Shown here: piece after piece, positions 26,921-40,844 of the stretch
How positions within the stretch are numbered: position 1 is the stretch's first letter
Layout: the number at the start of each line of letters is the position of its first letter
Assembly: GCA_951406725.2 (NCBI GenBank)
Contig: OX597814.1
Coordinates: 178,126,001-178,190,000, forward strand
Direction: 5' to 3'
From: Octopus vulgaris
Taxonomy: Eukaryota
Length of the DNA: 64,000 bases
Made by a program: the position numbers and the translations under genes
The notes under the pieces: model-generated
What the model saw: only the letters and a program-made list of their open reading frames with translations
The model's database searches: none
Told to the model about the DNA's origin: nothing

Positions 26921-29359
26921 TCAGAGACTGCACGTTCGTCTCCATCAATGGCAGAAATAAATGATGCTGTTTAAAAGGAGACAGCAAGTACCCATATTTA
27001 ATACCGGTAGCAAAATATTTACTTAGAAGTACATTTACTGTCTCCTTTCTGAACGTGACAATAAAAAGACCAGTATATAACAAGTTATCGACAACAAATA
27101 TTTTGATAAAGTAATTGACCAATCAGTAGAACAATTTAATCGTATTTAATACAATGCTTACCAAACAGATTAAAAAATAAAAATCACATGGTAAGTGCAT
27201 TGTATGAATAAAATACATAATTTAGTAACATAATTAAGGTAGTGACCTATGATTTCCTCATGCAAATGCAGTGAAAAAAAATCGCGATGTATTGTACAAG
27301 AGACAAAATATGTTAGGAAGGCATAAGTGTACAAAATATACATCTATGACAGACCTCATAACATTCGAAATTACTGACGAAAGTAATTTTCATATCAAAA
27401 GTACAACGCCAAAATTAACCCTCAAATAACATAAGCCAATTACAAACAAGACTAAAAATAGGACTTGCGGCGAATGTAAAAAAATTCGAATTATGCCAGG
27501 AATGATTTAGCAATTGGCTGTGGTATCTATTTATACCTCGCAGTAGAGTGCCACTGAAATCTGTCTATAGAAACCCCTTATCACAAAATGTAAACACTAT
27601 TATTTTTATGACTTGTTCGCTTTTAGAAAATAAGTTTTTCGGTTTCCAGCTGTTGTATGTATCTCTTCTAGCAAACCCATCATTTATATCTAACATAGTG
27701 TATTAGAATTAGCAATACTGTAAATAACTTCTACTGATAATTATATAGGACATGCAAAATAAATTTCTTGTGGGCTAAATAGAATGCAGTGTAAAGGCCC
27801 ATGGTACCGTGATTGTTGACAATTTATTTAGAAGAGAAAGTAAATTAAAATACTTGCTAAGGTCAGATGAGAAATAAACAACAAAACAAATGTACTCTTG
27901 GCAGAGAGCAGAATTTTTTTCAAGCAATATATATCATAGCATTTCACAATAAATTAGATAAGGATATCCGTAGGGCAAAATGTGAGCTCCTAAAAAGGCC
28001 AGAAGCCATATGGTAACACGACTTTTTGTTATATACTTTTCGTTTCAGTTACTTTCAGTTACGATTTCTGTTTAATTATTGTTTTGTGAAAATTTTCTTC
28101 AATCATGCTATACCACGACCTAGCTGGTTTATACGTAACCAATAATGAACACCCGCAGAGACGCAGGTATGGATGGACACGCTATTCCAAGCAGAAGTCT
28201 TACCAAACATTCACTTATAACTAAAATGAAAAGTAAATAAATAAATGAAGAGCTAATTCAATAACAGGTAACAATTCATGTATTAGCCATGTTTAATTGA
28301 ACATTTTGAAAGTTGTAGCTCACAGAGAATAAAAAATATTGGAAATGTCAAGGAAACGCATGCAAGTCATTATGCTTTTGTCTCTTCATCAGGAAACCTA
28401 GACCACAGAAAGCACGATCTCTTTAAGTTTATGAACGTGAAATTAAAATTCAGCATTATTTAAGTAACAATTGATAGAACGAAAAGTGTGTGGTGTGTTT
28501 GTGGGAAAGGGGCTGGCGGTGAGTCGATACTGAAAAATCGGAGAAGGATGACAAACGTGAAAGTGAAGAACAAAGCAGAGCTTTAAAAAATATTAGAATA
28601 AAACGGACATGTGTAAATGAGAGTACTATGGTCGGTATTTGTATTATGCGAGCGTATATCTCTACTGAGTGAAATAGAGATACGCTGATGAAGAGCTTAG
28701 AAGAGAGTAACGTTTATTGTAAAAAAAAAAGGAAACGAGAAAAAATGAAACTAAACTGTATCACGCACACACACAAACACTCGAGCAAATACACACACTT
28801 AAGGAAAAATTCTTGATTCATATTTTCGTGTCTTCTGTTCCTTGGAAAATATTAAAGAGATGTGTAGCTGCAACTGCGATATTTATGTTTCCTGTTCAAT
28901 AAGGCATATATGGTATGATAAAACATAAATGACTTTTAAAAAACTTTGCTCATAAGTGATGACATTTTCTTTTCTTTTTTTTTTGTGCCCGTGGTGTTAT
29001 TTCTCGAGCATCAAAAGCAGCCTCAAACCCCAAGTTAAATCAAACGAAAAAAGGGAATAACTAATGTTTAACACCTTGTCAAAATTACAATATTACACAC
29101 ATACATACAGACAGACACACGCGCTTGTATACATATATACATATACAAAGTGCGATGGACAATTTGTCTCCATTTTATGTTTTTTTGTTTCCAGCATTTG
29201 CATTGCTAGTTTTTGATTTCGTCGACTACACAGTACAATAGAGTCAGTTTGCCACCGTCTTTGTGAGAAAACGGCACCACGACGCAATTCACTCTGTCAG
29301 TAATTTGGATATAATATGCTGTACTACTTGGCATTCGCACCGGTAGCTCCAATATGAAT

Positions 29360-29852
29360 AGATGGTGAACACCTTTGGTTTGCTGTGTCCTCAAAACATG
29401 TACTGCGAGTGATGAAAAAAAAAAAAACAGTCAACATCATGGTGTTGGAGTGATCAATAATGATGGCGAAGTCATGCCTGCATTTATCTTCCCACACGGT
29501 CACAGAATCTACACGGATGCCTACATCAAGTGTCTGGAAGAGGCAGTGCTCTCCCGGATAAAAAGGTTGGTTTCTGGAAGAGCCTTTGTCTGGCAACAGG
29601 ACTTTGCACCATGCCATGCCATGCCACAAAAGTAGGAGAACCCAGTCAAGGCTGCCAGACAATTTCTGCGACCACATCACTCCTAACATCTGGTCACCTA
29701 ACTCCCCAGACTGCAACCTCCTTGATTATTATGCGTTATGCGCAGTTGGGTGAGAGACCAACAAAGTTCTTGTAAGAACAAAGATGAACTAAAGGCAAGG
29801 ATTATGGCAACATTCACCAACTTAAGCTAGGTGACCGCCCAGAAGATAATCA
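29360..29852 (+). pseudogene. Tc1/mariner DD37D (maT-like) transposase fragment
   Basis: GVINNDGEVMPAFIF..FVWQQDFAPCH..WSPNSPDCNLLDYY; 37 residues between the 2nd and 3rd Asp once an (ATGCC)x3 slippage is collapsed; frameshifts and stops. Confidence 0.9.
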
Positions 29853-30352
29853 TGAGCTGGGAACTGTAGTGGAAGCTGATACATCGCAAACTACTCGTGC
29901 GTTAGCAGAAAGGCTTGATGTTTCGATTCCAACTGTATTTCACAATCTCGAAACAAATCGGCAAGTTAAAGAAGTTGGACAAGTGGGTAGCACACGAAAT
30001 GAACGAATGTAACTTGCCGTTGTTTGCTACCACGGCATGAAAGCGAACCATTTTTGGATCGTATCGTTATATGTAATGAAAAATGGATTCGTTTCAACAA
30101 TAGCAAGCGTTCTGTAAGTTGGTTGGATAGAGACGACGTGCCAAAAGACAATTAAAATAAAGAACAGTCACCAAAAAAAGCTAATGGTGTTTGTTTGGTG
30201 GTCAAGCGCTGGTATCGTCCAGTACAGCTTCATGAGACCCAGGAAGTCAATTACAGCGGATGTATATATCAACCAATTAGATGAAATGATGAGTAAAGTT
30301 GCAATTAAACAACCGAGACTGGTCATTGGAGACAGACCAATTCTCTTGCAAG
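29853..30352 (+). pseudogene. Mariner-type transposase fragment
   Basis: VEADTSQTTRALAERLDVSIPTV, KKLDKWVAHEM (WVPHEL motif), FLDRIVICNEKWI, HQKKLMVFVWWSSAGIV, ITADVYINQLDEM, RPILLQ; first Asp mutated to Asn, truncated at the second Asp. Confidence 0.9.
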
Positions 30353-30998
30353 TTTTAAGGTGACACAAAACCAGTTTTTGAAGGCTGAAGCATACTTCAT
30401 ACCAACTGATAGAAATTCTGATAGTTTCGTTCGTTATAAATATATTACACTTTGAGATCTGCTCACATATCTAGGACAATGCTACAGATAAAATCATAAC
30501 TCACACATCAAAAATAATGGCTATGTTATATCTTGGAAAGCTTTCAATTCTCAACAAAACTGCAGTAAAACCGCCTCTACATTTACATGCGCCAATCAAA
30601 CTTTAGTTACTGTTGCTGTATTTACGTATTGTATGTGTATATGTACATAGGTAATTTATTTTCTCTTCTGCTTTTAATTATCTGAAATTTTCCTATTATG
30701 AAGGAGCTGGTTTCTTTCAAAGATACAATACTACATTCAGGGAACGTAGATAAGAAAATCAAAGGCACATTTTGCACTTGCATAATTTTAATGTTTGCGC
30801 TTACAGCCCGTATTTTTATGCGCGTGTTAGCTTGTTGAATTATTATCCTGAAACCCACGATTTTTCCTAATTGTACTTAAGTCATTCGCAAACAACTTTA
30901 TGTGCACGGATTAGCATAAATGTGAATTTATAAGCTGGGTGCAAAATGTAAATTTTCAAAGCAAATTTCCATTCTCACTCTGTTTGAGACTTGTTTAT

Positions 30999-31074
<76 letters not shown>

Positions 31075-31686
31075 CACCCGATAAATTTATCTCAAAAACA
31101 CCCAATGACATCAATCTACTCCACAGCAATTAAAACTGGACTTCCATAGAAAGGAGCGTAATTTATTCTTGGAGCCGATAAAATACACACCATCCGTTGT
31201 TATTTTCGTGAAAAATATGATAATAACCTGAGTACTGTTTTAAAATGTGTGTGTTTTAACGTAGTAGAAACTTTTGTAAATCCAGAGGAAACTTTGAAAC
31301 CGGAATCTAGAGAGATAGAGTAGTAATACATCAACTACAACTCTATACTTTAAACTTCTGAGTCCTTATTTACATTATTAATCTCCAAGCAATTATGGCA
31401 CATAAAAACACATTTTATATACCTTACATGAAAGCAAACATTAAAGAGGGTAAGGGAAAATAAAAGTTAATGAATTTCTTGTCGAGATATTGTGTGTGTA
31501 CTACAAGGTACATGACTTCAGATATTTAGATTAGTGATGAAAATTTAAAACTCGGTGACATTTGATGGATGTACAAAAATAATCCCATTAACGATGGCAT
31601 AATTAGTCTGTTGATGTGAACAGAATAGACTACATGATAGTCTTTGTAATCAAGAGTCAAAATTAAAAATCATAAACGTCTACAAT

Positions 31687-31719
<33 letters not shown>

Positions 31720-31802
31720 GTTTGTATGTATTTATATATATTGATAAAAATGGTAAGACAACAAAAGAATGAAAGAGACCTCTATATTATGTAAATAGAG
31801 GA

Positions 31803-31949
31803 ATTTGTAAATGCAATATGTGACAATTATTCGGTAGCCATGATAAAACTCCGAGTTTCGGATGCCAGGCGTGGATTTCCACCTTGGCATACAAAGCTCG
31901 GAGTTGTATTATGGCTACCGAATAATTGTCACCTATTGCATTTACAGAT
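31803..31949. repeat. Near-perfect foldback hairpin with ~70 bp arms
   Basis: TGTAAATGCAATATGTGACAATTATTCGGTAGCCATGATAAAACTCCGAG..GTGGA-TT-TCCAC..CTCGGAGTTGTATTATGGCTACCGAATAATTGTCACCTATTGCATTTACA. Confidence 0.95.
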
Positions 31950-31956
31950 ATTATGT

Positions 31957-32344
31957 GGAGGCGCAACGGCCCAGTGGTTAGGGCAGCGGACTCGCGGTCA
32001 TAGGATCGCGGTTTCGATTCCCAGACCGGGCGTTGTGAGTATTTATTGAGCGAAAACACCTAAAGCTCCACGAGGCTCCGGCAGAGGATGATGGTGATCC
32101 CTGCTGTACTCTTTCACCACAACTTTCTCTGACTTTTACTTCCTGTTTCTGTTGTACCTGTATTTCAAAGGGCCGGCCTTGTCACTCTCTGTGTCACGCT
32201 GAATATCCGAATATCCCCGAGAACTACGTTAAGGATACACGTGTCTGTGGAGTGCTCAGCCACTTACACGTTAATTTCACGACCATGCTGTTCCGTTGAT
32301 TCGGATCGACCGGAACCCTCGTCGTCGCAACCGACGGAGTGCTT
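31957..32344 (+). mobile_element. Full-length tRNA-derived SINE family B
   Basis: GGCCCAGTGGTTAGGGCAGCGGACTCGCGG (A box), GGTTTCGATTCCC (B box), body and tail ending CCGACGGAGTG. Confidence 0.92.
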
Positions 32345-32353
32345 CCATCCCAT

Positions 32354-32404
<51 letters not shown>

Positions 32405-32485
32405 TACACGCATATACATATACATTATGTATTTATGTATGTATGTATGTATGTATGTACGTGCGTATATATCTATATCTATACC

Positions 32486-32518
<33 letters not shown>

Positions 32519-33088
32519 ATGTATTCCCAAGTATAGATGCACTTTTATATCTTATGTATTCCTACAAAGATAATTTTTTCTGTAATCCTCATAGTTTTAA
32601 ACTTTATCATATTTTTACAGGTTGAGCATATCGTGTGAATCTACACGAAAAAAGAGCAATATTCCAAATATTCACATCGTTGCCATATTCTTTTTCTTTC
32701 CTTTGTGATAATGTTGGGTATCCTTACTAGAGCTGTCGCAGAAAAAAACATGTTACCTTACAACAGTATTTATTCTTAAAGTTTCTCGATATGTGCCAAC
32801 GAGAGAGTATCTGTCCAGTTGATCAATATACTGCTAGAGATATCAGGTAAAACTCTATCAAACTAATGAATCTTAGTATTATAAATAAGAACAAATCAAC
32901 GAGCGACACTGTATGTCATAACATGATTTGCCCGAAATAGCTCCACAGATTACCTCTTACCAGCTGGGAATATAGCATCGAGCATAGATTGTGTTAGATT
33001 TTTTTTTTGTATTGTAATACCTATATTTGTTTTATTCGAGTTGACTCGGTGGTAAACAACAAAAGTAGCAACAACAACAACAACAACA

Positions 33089-33151
<63 letters not shown>

Positions 33152-33152
<1 letters not shown>

Positions 33153-33550
33153 TACCACAGATTTGGTTGTCAGTTGTTTGACCTTAACCAGTAGAGCATG
33201 CCACTTAGTGGCTAACGATATGTGTATGTCTGATCACGAGCAGAAGTAGTGGGTAAGCATCATATCCCTGTGTTGAGAGGAATTCTTTGGGGTTTGAATA
33301 ATTCATCTCAGGAAACATGGGTGTTTTGTTCATCATCCTTAAACAAACCTTATTCAAGGACCTTTTGAGCAGGACCTTTTGAGAAGTTTGTACGCTATTT
33401 TCGTGATATAAAATCACAATACTGTGTACATGTGGTCGTGATGCATGTGCCTAGTGTACCTTTATCAGATGGGTATTAATGATGTGTATATCGGACTTCG
33501 TATAATTGTACCCCTGTGTCACTTTGATGGCATGCACTGTTCTCTCACTC
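33152..33550 (+). mobile_element. Interspersed element embedded in (AAT)n arrays, probably a retroposon with an AAT tail or AAT target
   Basis: Complex ~400 bp sequence bounded on both sides by long (AAT)n runs. Confidence 0.6.
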
Positions 33551-33588
<38 letters not shown>

Positions 33589-33647
33589 TAATAATGATGA
33601 AGATAATGATAATAATAATAATAATAATAATGATGATGATGATGATG

Positions 33648-33698
<51 letters not shown>

Positions 33699-35181
33699 TT
33701 AATAATAATAATAATTTTAATCAATAAAGTTTCAGATAGTAAACCAAAAAATTAGCTTTATGTTGTTAGTTGTATGTAATACTAATGAAATATACAGTTG
33801 TAGCTTTACTTTTGAAACTTATGTAGTAGGTTTTCAAATAATTGCTTAAATGCTGCCGAACACAGCGAACATTTTGTATATTGAGAGAATGTGCATACAT
33901 ATATTAGTATCAAGTACATTAAACTATTGATCGCAGTAAACCAATTTAAATATTGTGTAAGTCTTAAACATTGCACTTGGTGAAGCAAGACGGGGAGTTA
34001 GAGTTTCAATACACCAGATAACTGGGAATTCATGCTAATAAAATAGTACAGTATTACATGACATATTGAGACATTGCAAGTCAATCGTATTTAAGCACCG
34101 CTTTTCGGCGACATCCTTGGACTTGACTATTATTGGGCAAATGGCGCTTTGCAACTCGCACCTTTTGATATCAGACTTAATACACAAATATTTTTAGTCT
34201 TTCACACTTTACTAATTAATTTACTAGCGAGAGTTTAAGGAACTGTAAACATTTCAAATAATTTTTCGCTGCTTTGAAACCATTAAATTTTTGATGACCT
34301 ATTCAATAAACTTTGTAGCGCTTAAATATATGATAATTTATTAATATAGTGCTGTTGAACAAATATTCAAGGAAGATCAGTTCATAACATTTTATGTGGC
34401 TGCAAGAAATGCCATTTCCTTGTTATTATACAAGAAGGAAATATTGACGAAATAATATCCACAAAAAGTTACGATAACTTCATCCTTACTAAAACTTGCT
34501 CTACAAAATAGTGTGCCCTTGAAATTAAATAGTATGCTGAGAATTTTTTCCTGTTTTGTAATATTTCAACTCGATTCGTACGCTAACTTAGAAAGATAGA
34601 CTCATCGATACACAGGGAAGAAAATTAAATGCATGCGTTACGCAGACATATAAAAAAAATCTAACAACTGTATTTACAAATACTGCATATGCATCCATTT
34701 ACAGATGGATTTTTTGCACTTTTATAACTCGTTAAGTTATATTAGTTTCACGCTACGCAAATAAAAGAAAGGATTATTTGAGGTTTCGGACTCAGCTGTC
34801 CTTTACCTGAAATAAAGGTATTGAGAGCCAGAAGGAGACCTCAAAATAAATATTTTAAGCCATGTATGCTTATTTGGACGTACGTTTAAATACATAAATT
34901 TAATTACATTCCGAAAGCAAATGCAAAATTATGACAACTCATAAAACAAATGCAACAGTATTATTTTATTATTCCGTTGGTCATCTCGACTTAAAAAACG
35001 CATATCACTGTGGAACGCAGTTCCTTGTTTTGTTTTGAAGAACCATTAACAGACTAGGTTTAAAGAAACAAGGAATGAAACAATACCGATTTCAACTCGC
35101 CACACAACACAACAGAGACTACAAAATCACACAGACAAATACATGCATAAGTAATTATGTATATTGTTACAAAAATATGCA

Positions 35182-35358
35182 TAAGTAAATATGTATATTT
35201 GGGATGATCATCTTTTGCCATTTAAACACACGGGCTATTTATTTTATCTTCACTTTAGATCTGCTATTATTATCTTTACTTTAGTTGTCCACGTAAGTCT
35301 TTTTCGCCCTACATTATGTGATCTCTTCAGCGACTGTGTATCATGTGTCTGTTCTTGT
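35182..35358. repeat. Dispersed ~175 bp repeat, near-identical to 25582-25757
   Basis: Direct sequence match with few substitutions. Confidence 0.9.
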
Positions 35359-35721
35359 CCTGTATGCATATATTTATATGTGTGTTCGCTTGTGTGTGTA
35401 TATCCATATAAGCTGTGCTCCAGCATGGCCGTAGTCATATGAGTGAAACAAGTGAAAGAATAAAGTATATATATATAAATGTAATGATTTCGTACATAAT
35501 TTCCACCACTCAATCCTCGAATTGCACTTAAAATGTACTGGTCGAGCCCCCATTGTTGATTGATGGCTACAAACAACTGTTGTGCATTTGGGTTTTCGAT
35601 ACCGAAACTAAATGTTGCAAAACAAGATCCGTACGCACATGGTTAAACGTACTCTTTATATATGATTGTCCGGTGAAAATGCATATGCATTTAGGTGGTC
35701 ATAAATATCTATGTATCTATG

Positions 35722-35791
<70 letters not shown>

Positions 35792-35859
35792 GCTGCCTAG
35801 CTAGGTAACGGGTTAGCTAGCTATTTGTTTATCTGTACCCACTCTATACACATCTTAGT

Positions 35860-36030
35860 ACACGGTTCTTTTGGCACCAGGGCACTCTGTTACGTGACTG
35901 ACTTTAGGGAGTTCATTCAGGAGTATAAACCATCCCAAAGGAGGCACAGAGATTGTCTGAGCACCCGCGCTCGTTTATCCTTGTGAAACTATCCAACCCA
36001 TGCCAGTTAGAAAGAGGGACGTTAAATGAA
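35860..36030 (+). mobile_element. Degenerate retroposon 3' end (RTE/SINE-like tail)
   Basis: Ends TCCAACCCATGCCAG..GGACGTTAAATGA, resembling a recalled RTE-related tail. Confidence 0.4.
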
Positions 36031-36189
36031 TATTATTTTACACACACTCACACGCACACACACAAACACACACTTACACACATACATACACATACACAGA
36101 CACACACGTATATGTATATAGAAAGAGAGAGGAACAGAGGGAGGGAGAGAAAGAGTTGGAGAGAGATAGATAAATTGACAGATAGATAG

Positions 36190-36226
<37 letters not shown>

Positions 36227-36243
36227 CTTATATATACATATAT

Positions 36244-36530
36244 CACGTGACCGATCAGACCATCATATGTTGTTACACATCGCTGGTCACAATGCGTTCG
36301 CATTGTTTTAGCCTTCGAATGAGGCCACCCCGCTGGCTAAGCGAGCAGGCCAACAGAAGAAAGAGTGAGAGAAAGTTGTGGCGAAAGAGTACAGCAGGGA
36401 TCGCCACCCCCTGCCAGAGCCTCGTGGAGCTTTAAGGTGTTTTCGCTCAATAAACACTCACAACGCCCGGTCTGGGAATCGAAACCGCGATCCTACAACC
36501 GTGAGTCCGCTGCCCTAACCACTGGGCCAT
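36244..36530 (-). mobile_element. tRNA-derived SINE family B with an alternative tail
   Basis: 36365-36530 is close to the reverse complement of 31966-32130. Confidence 0.92.
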
Positions 36531-38002
36531 ATATGCATATATACATTCGTTAATATACATATGCATGGACATATATATGTATAATATATATACATGCATA
36601 TATATACACATACATAAATACATACATATATACATGCGTGTGTATGCATGTATGTATGCATACACATACTTAAATGGAGAGTCTTGGACAACAGGTGATA
36701 TAACAGATACATGCAATCATTTGTTTATCTAATTTTATTTAATCCGATCTTATAGGAAACAACGCTCTCTCCATTAAGTTACCAGGAAAGAGTTAAATTG
36801 TATTTTGTAAAATATTCGTCATGAATGCTTCAAAAGGCTACTAACATATATAGAAATGCTTGCAAACATATCGTTGTGCATAAATATATATCCATAGAAG
36901 CAGATATAAATACGTGGATAGATATGATTGTTCAGTTCAGTCCACAAAACACATATGCATTTTTACTTAATACGTAGACAAGCACAAAAACACACCCACA
37001 CATACATATGTGTAAAGACAAAATATTTCAAGTTTCTTCACTGCAGTTTGCTAATATAGTTGCTTTGCAACAAATGTTTTCATATACATCTGTTTCTCTG
37101 TGTGCTTGTGTACGTGTGTATGTATGATTTATTGGCAGTTTAAGGACAGGATGAATATCTACAAAAATACGATATACTTTTGAAAGTCAAATGGAACGGA
37201 AAGATTCGATGGAATATGCCGGAGAGGGGAATGGACTAAGCTATCAAAAGATTCACTGTCGGGAGGATTCTATAATCATTCACTCGAAGATCGCTATTTT
37301 CTACTTGCTTGGTTGTATAGAAAAACGTTCATGTTTTCCAGTAGTATTTTTTTAGGTAGTCATAAATTCGTTATATTTCTTCTCTTACATGACATATATA
37401 TTTCACCTTCTGTTTTGTGGTCCTAAGAGTCAATACAATAGATTACAAGAATTGCAAATATTTCCAGTCGAATCTATGTTAGGAACGAAATATCCCTAAA
37501 TTATAACAAATTGTATGACAGGTGGTTTGATACTGGTCCAATATATGATTTCAGAAATACATTTTAGTAAATGTTCGTTTAGTTCTATTTATTTATTTAT
37601 TTATGTATTTTTATTTATGTATTTATTTATTTATTATGTATATTCGAAGATAGTTATTTCTTTCAGAATTTATACAATTCATACTTTCCAAAATATGTGA
37701 AATATATGGGATTTTTTGAAGAAAATAATAAGATATTTGTTGAATACGTCTCTCGCTTTCTCTCCCCCGTTCACTCGCTTAACATATGCATAAAAACACA
37801 CAAACAAACATACACACAGACACAAACACATACACACACATACATATACACAAACACACATTTGTATGGATGCGTGTGCTTTCTTATGTACAGTCAATCA
37901 TAAAAAATCATGTTAATCGAAACATTACACGATATATGTAGGTAGAGTTTCTACAAAAATATATTTGTATATCTTTGCGCATATGTGTATGTGTTCTTAT
38001 AA

Positions 38003-38063
<61 letters not shown>

Positions 38064-38770
38064 CATGTGTGTGTATGTGAATGTGTGTATGCACACACAC
38101 ACAAATATATACACAAACACACTCACACAAACACATATATATTTACACAAATACTCTTCCTCTCTATCTCACACACACAAGATCGAATACAAGACTAAAA
38201 GTTTTTAAAGGAAATATCTAAATAATACAATAATAATTGTGAAAATACAGAAATTAAGAAAAATGATTTGAATTTTAGAGATATTGAAAGCCAGATTGTT
38301 ATGAAATCTGATGTTCGGTTATGTAACAGATACAAGTAATATGTAAGTTGGTGATGCTGGTTTTAATCCAGAAACTTCTAATTTATTACATTCTGAGACA
38401 GGTCTTATCAAAAAATCAAAATAATGAAGATTAACTATTTAAGCATGAAACACAAAAATAATTTTATCGAATGTATTATGACGTCTGATGAAATGTATTA
38501 ATTGTTGCTCTTGTATACATATTCTATAAATGGAAATGTATATTTATGAGTTTCAGATAATTCTTGATAAAGAAGTACAAACTTTCACACATAAACGTAT
38601 ATGCATATATGTTTGTGTATGTATGTCTGTGATTAAGAGAGAATGAAAGAGAGATAGATAGAAAAAGAGAAAGAGGGATTGATTGTGTGCGTATGTGTGT
38701 TTCTCTCTCGCTATATATATATGTGTATCTGTGTGGGATACGTACATATACGCAGGTTCGAATCCTTACG

Positions 38771-38823
<53 letters not shown>

Positions 38824-38924
38824 TACTGAACCTTGGGAGGGGCATTATGTATACACACACACGCGCGCGCGCACACACACACACACACATACACACACAT
38901 ATACACACACATATATATATTTGC

Positions 38925-39188
38925 TTTTATTCTTTTACACTTTTACTTGTTTCAGTGATTTGACTGTGGTCATGTTGGAGCAACTCCTTTACTCGAACGT
39001 AGTACTCATTCTGTCGTGCTCTTTTGACGAACCGCTAATTTACGGGGAATTAAACAGAGGCATACAAATATATATATATATATATCCACTCACAAGGCTT
39101 TGGTCGGCCCGAGGCTATAGTAGAAGACACCCAACTCAGAACCATGTGGTTGGGAAGCAAGCTTCTCACTACACACACAAGCCTGCAC
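38925..39188 (-). mobile_element. SINE family C, internally deleted
   Basis: ATCCACTCACAAGGCTTTGGTCGGCCCGAGGCTATAGTAGAAGACAC..AACCATGTGGTTGG matches the reverse complement of the 17043 copy. Confidence 0.85.
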
Positions 39189-40129
39189 CTATCTATCTAT
39201 CTATCTATATATATATATATATAGCTGTATATACCATTCCTTGAATATATACCATTCCTTGAATAAAAAATGCATGATCAAGACTGACTAGCACTCAGGT
39301 GCAAAATATAAGTTACGTTACGCTAGGATGGTAATGATATATCTACATCTTACGAGAAAACATTTCACTTGACTTCTTGTGATACGTTTCTAATACCTTG
39401 ACGAAAAGTTTGAACATCGCATCTTTGCTTTTACTTCCTCACCATTTCCCCCTTCCTGCTTCTTCACTGCTTCCTTTACTCCATCTTCCAAAATATAGTG
39501 TTTCATGTTTCGTCTAAGTGGGTCACAATTACGCGCGTCAATCTGTTGCTAATATCACTCGCTATGTAGAGGATTTTAGTGAGATTTGGTTCATACATTA
39601 ATTTATCCTATTTGCATTCCGCGAAAGGCAATTATCAGTTCTTGTCAAATCCTCCCTGTCAATATATTTATGAATATATTATTATTGTGAATAAAGCTTT
39701 ATGATTTTGTAATATTTCAGAAAATGAGTGAAATCTATTTTCAAATCTGACGAAATGTAACACCACTAAACTGATATGATAGTTTCTATGATGCGATCAT
39801 TACACTTGAATATTGCTTCTATTTATGCAACCTGATGGCATTTGATAACATTTAGAAAACAAAAACTAAATCATCTCTTATTGGAAGATTAACCAATTTT
39901 TTATATAATTTTTTTTTGTGTGTGTATCACTATATGAAAACCTATTACTAATATGTATCTGTTTGTGCATATGCGTATGTGAGCTTTCATATATATATAT
40001 ATATGTTTGTGCGTGTGTATGCACATACATACATACATATACACACTTTTAGCGGTGAGTCGTGAATGAAACTACAGAACTCAGTTAGCAAAGAGCAATT
40101 TAGTAGAACTTGACCAAAAGAATCTTATG

Positions 40130-40290
40130 ATATTTCGTTTTGTTCTTTTACGTTTTGAGTTCGAATTTGCAGGGAGAGCTCAATTACGAATTCCATCGAT
40201 AAGATAAGTACCAGTTAAGTGCTAGAGCCGATAAAATTGACTGTGACCTCTCTGCGAAAGTGGTGGCATTGTGTCTGTGATAGAAATCAA
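40130..40290 (+). mobile_element. SINE family A, degenerate
   Basis: TTACGTTTTGAGTTCGAATT..CGATAAGATAAGTACCAGTT. Confidence 0.6.
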
Positions 40291-40767
40291 TAATTATGCA
40301 AAGTATTGACGCCAGGCTGCTAACTTAGCAATTATATGATTGGATCAACTGTTGTATAAAAAAAAAAGGTTATGTTGCTAAAGTTTATTAGAAAATGAAT
40401 TCTGTGGAATTGGTATATTGAATAAATAATTGTTATACCATTTAATACATAATCGCTCAATGCTTTGGATTAGAGCACTATCGTCCATGGCTTGTATATA
40501 TTGTTTTGGCTTTAAAAGTCCTAGCATTAACGAACCATTTCACAAACAGAACAACTAGGAAGTTACAAATAGACAAATATATAAACATGAAGACCAGCAG
40601 ACCAAGGAACCCGACCTTCTAGATACAATAGACATGTATCCTTTAAATTGTACCATGAATACTCAGAAATATAATGATACATTGGATAACATAGTCACAG
40701 ATAAACTAGGAATTGGATATCCAGGGCTGGAACATCTCTTATTCTAAAGGATTGACCACTACCATCG

Positions 40768-40824
<57 letters not shown>

Positions 40825-40844
40825 TGACTACTGCTGTTGCTGTT

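Noticed and set aside
31957-32030. tRNA gene candidates at SINE heads
   Set aside because: A and B boxes are present but the cloverleaf is not closed and the sequence continues into a SINE body
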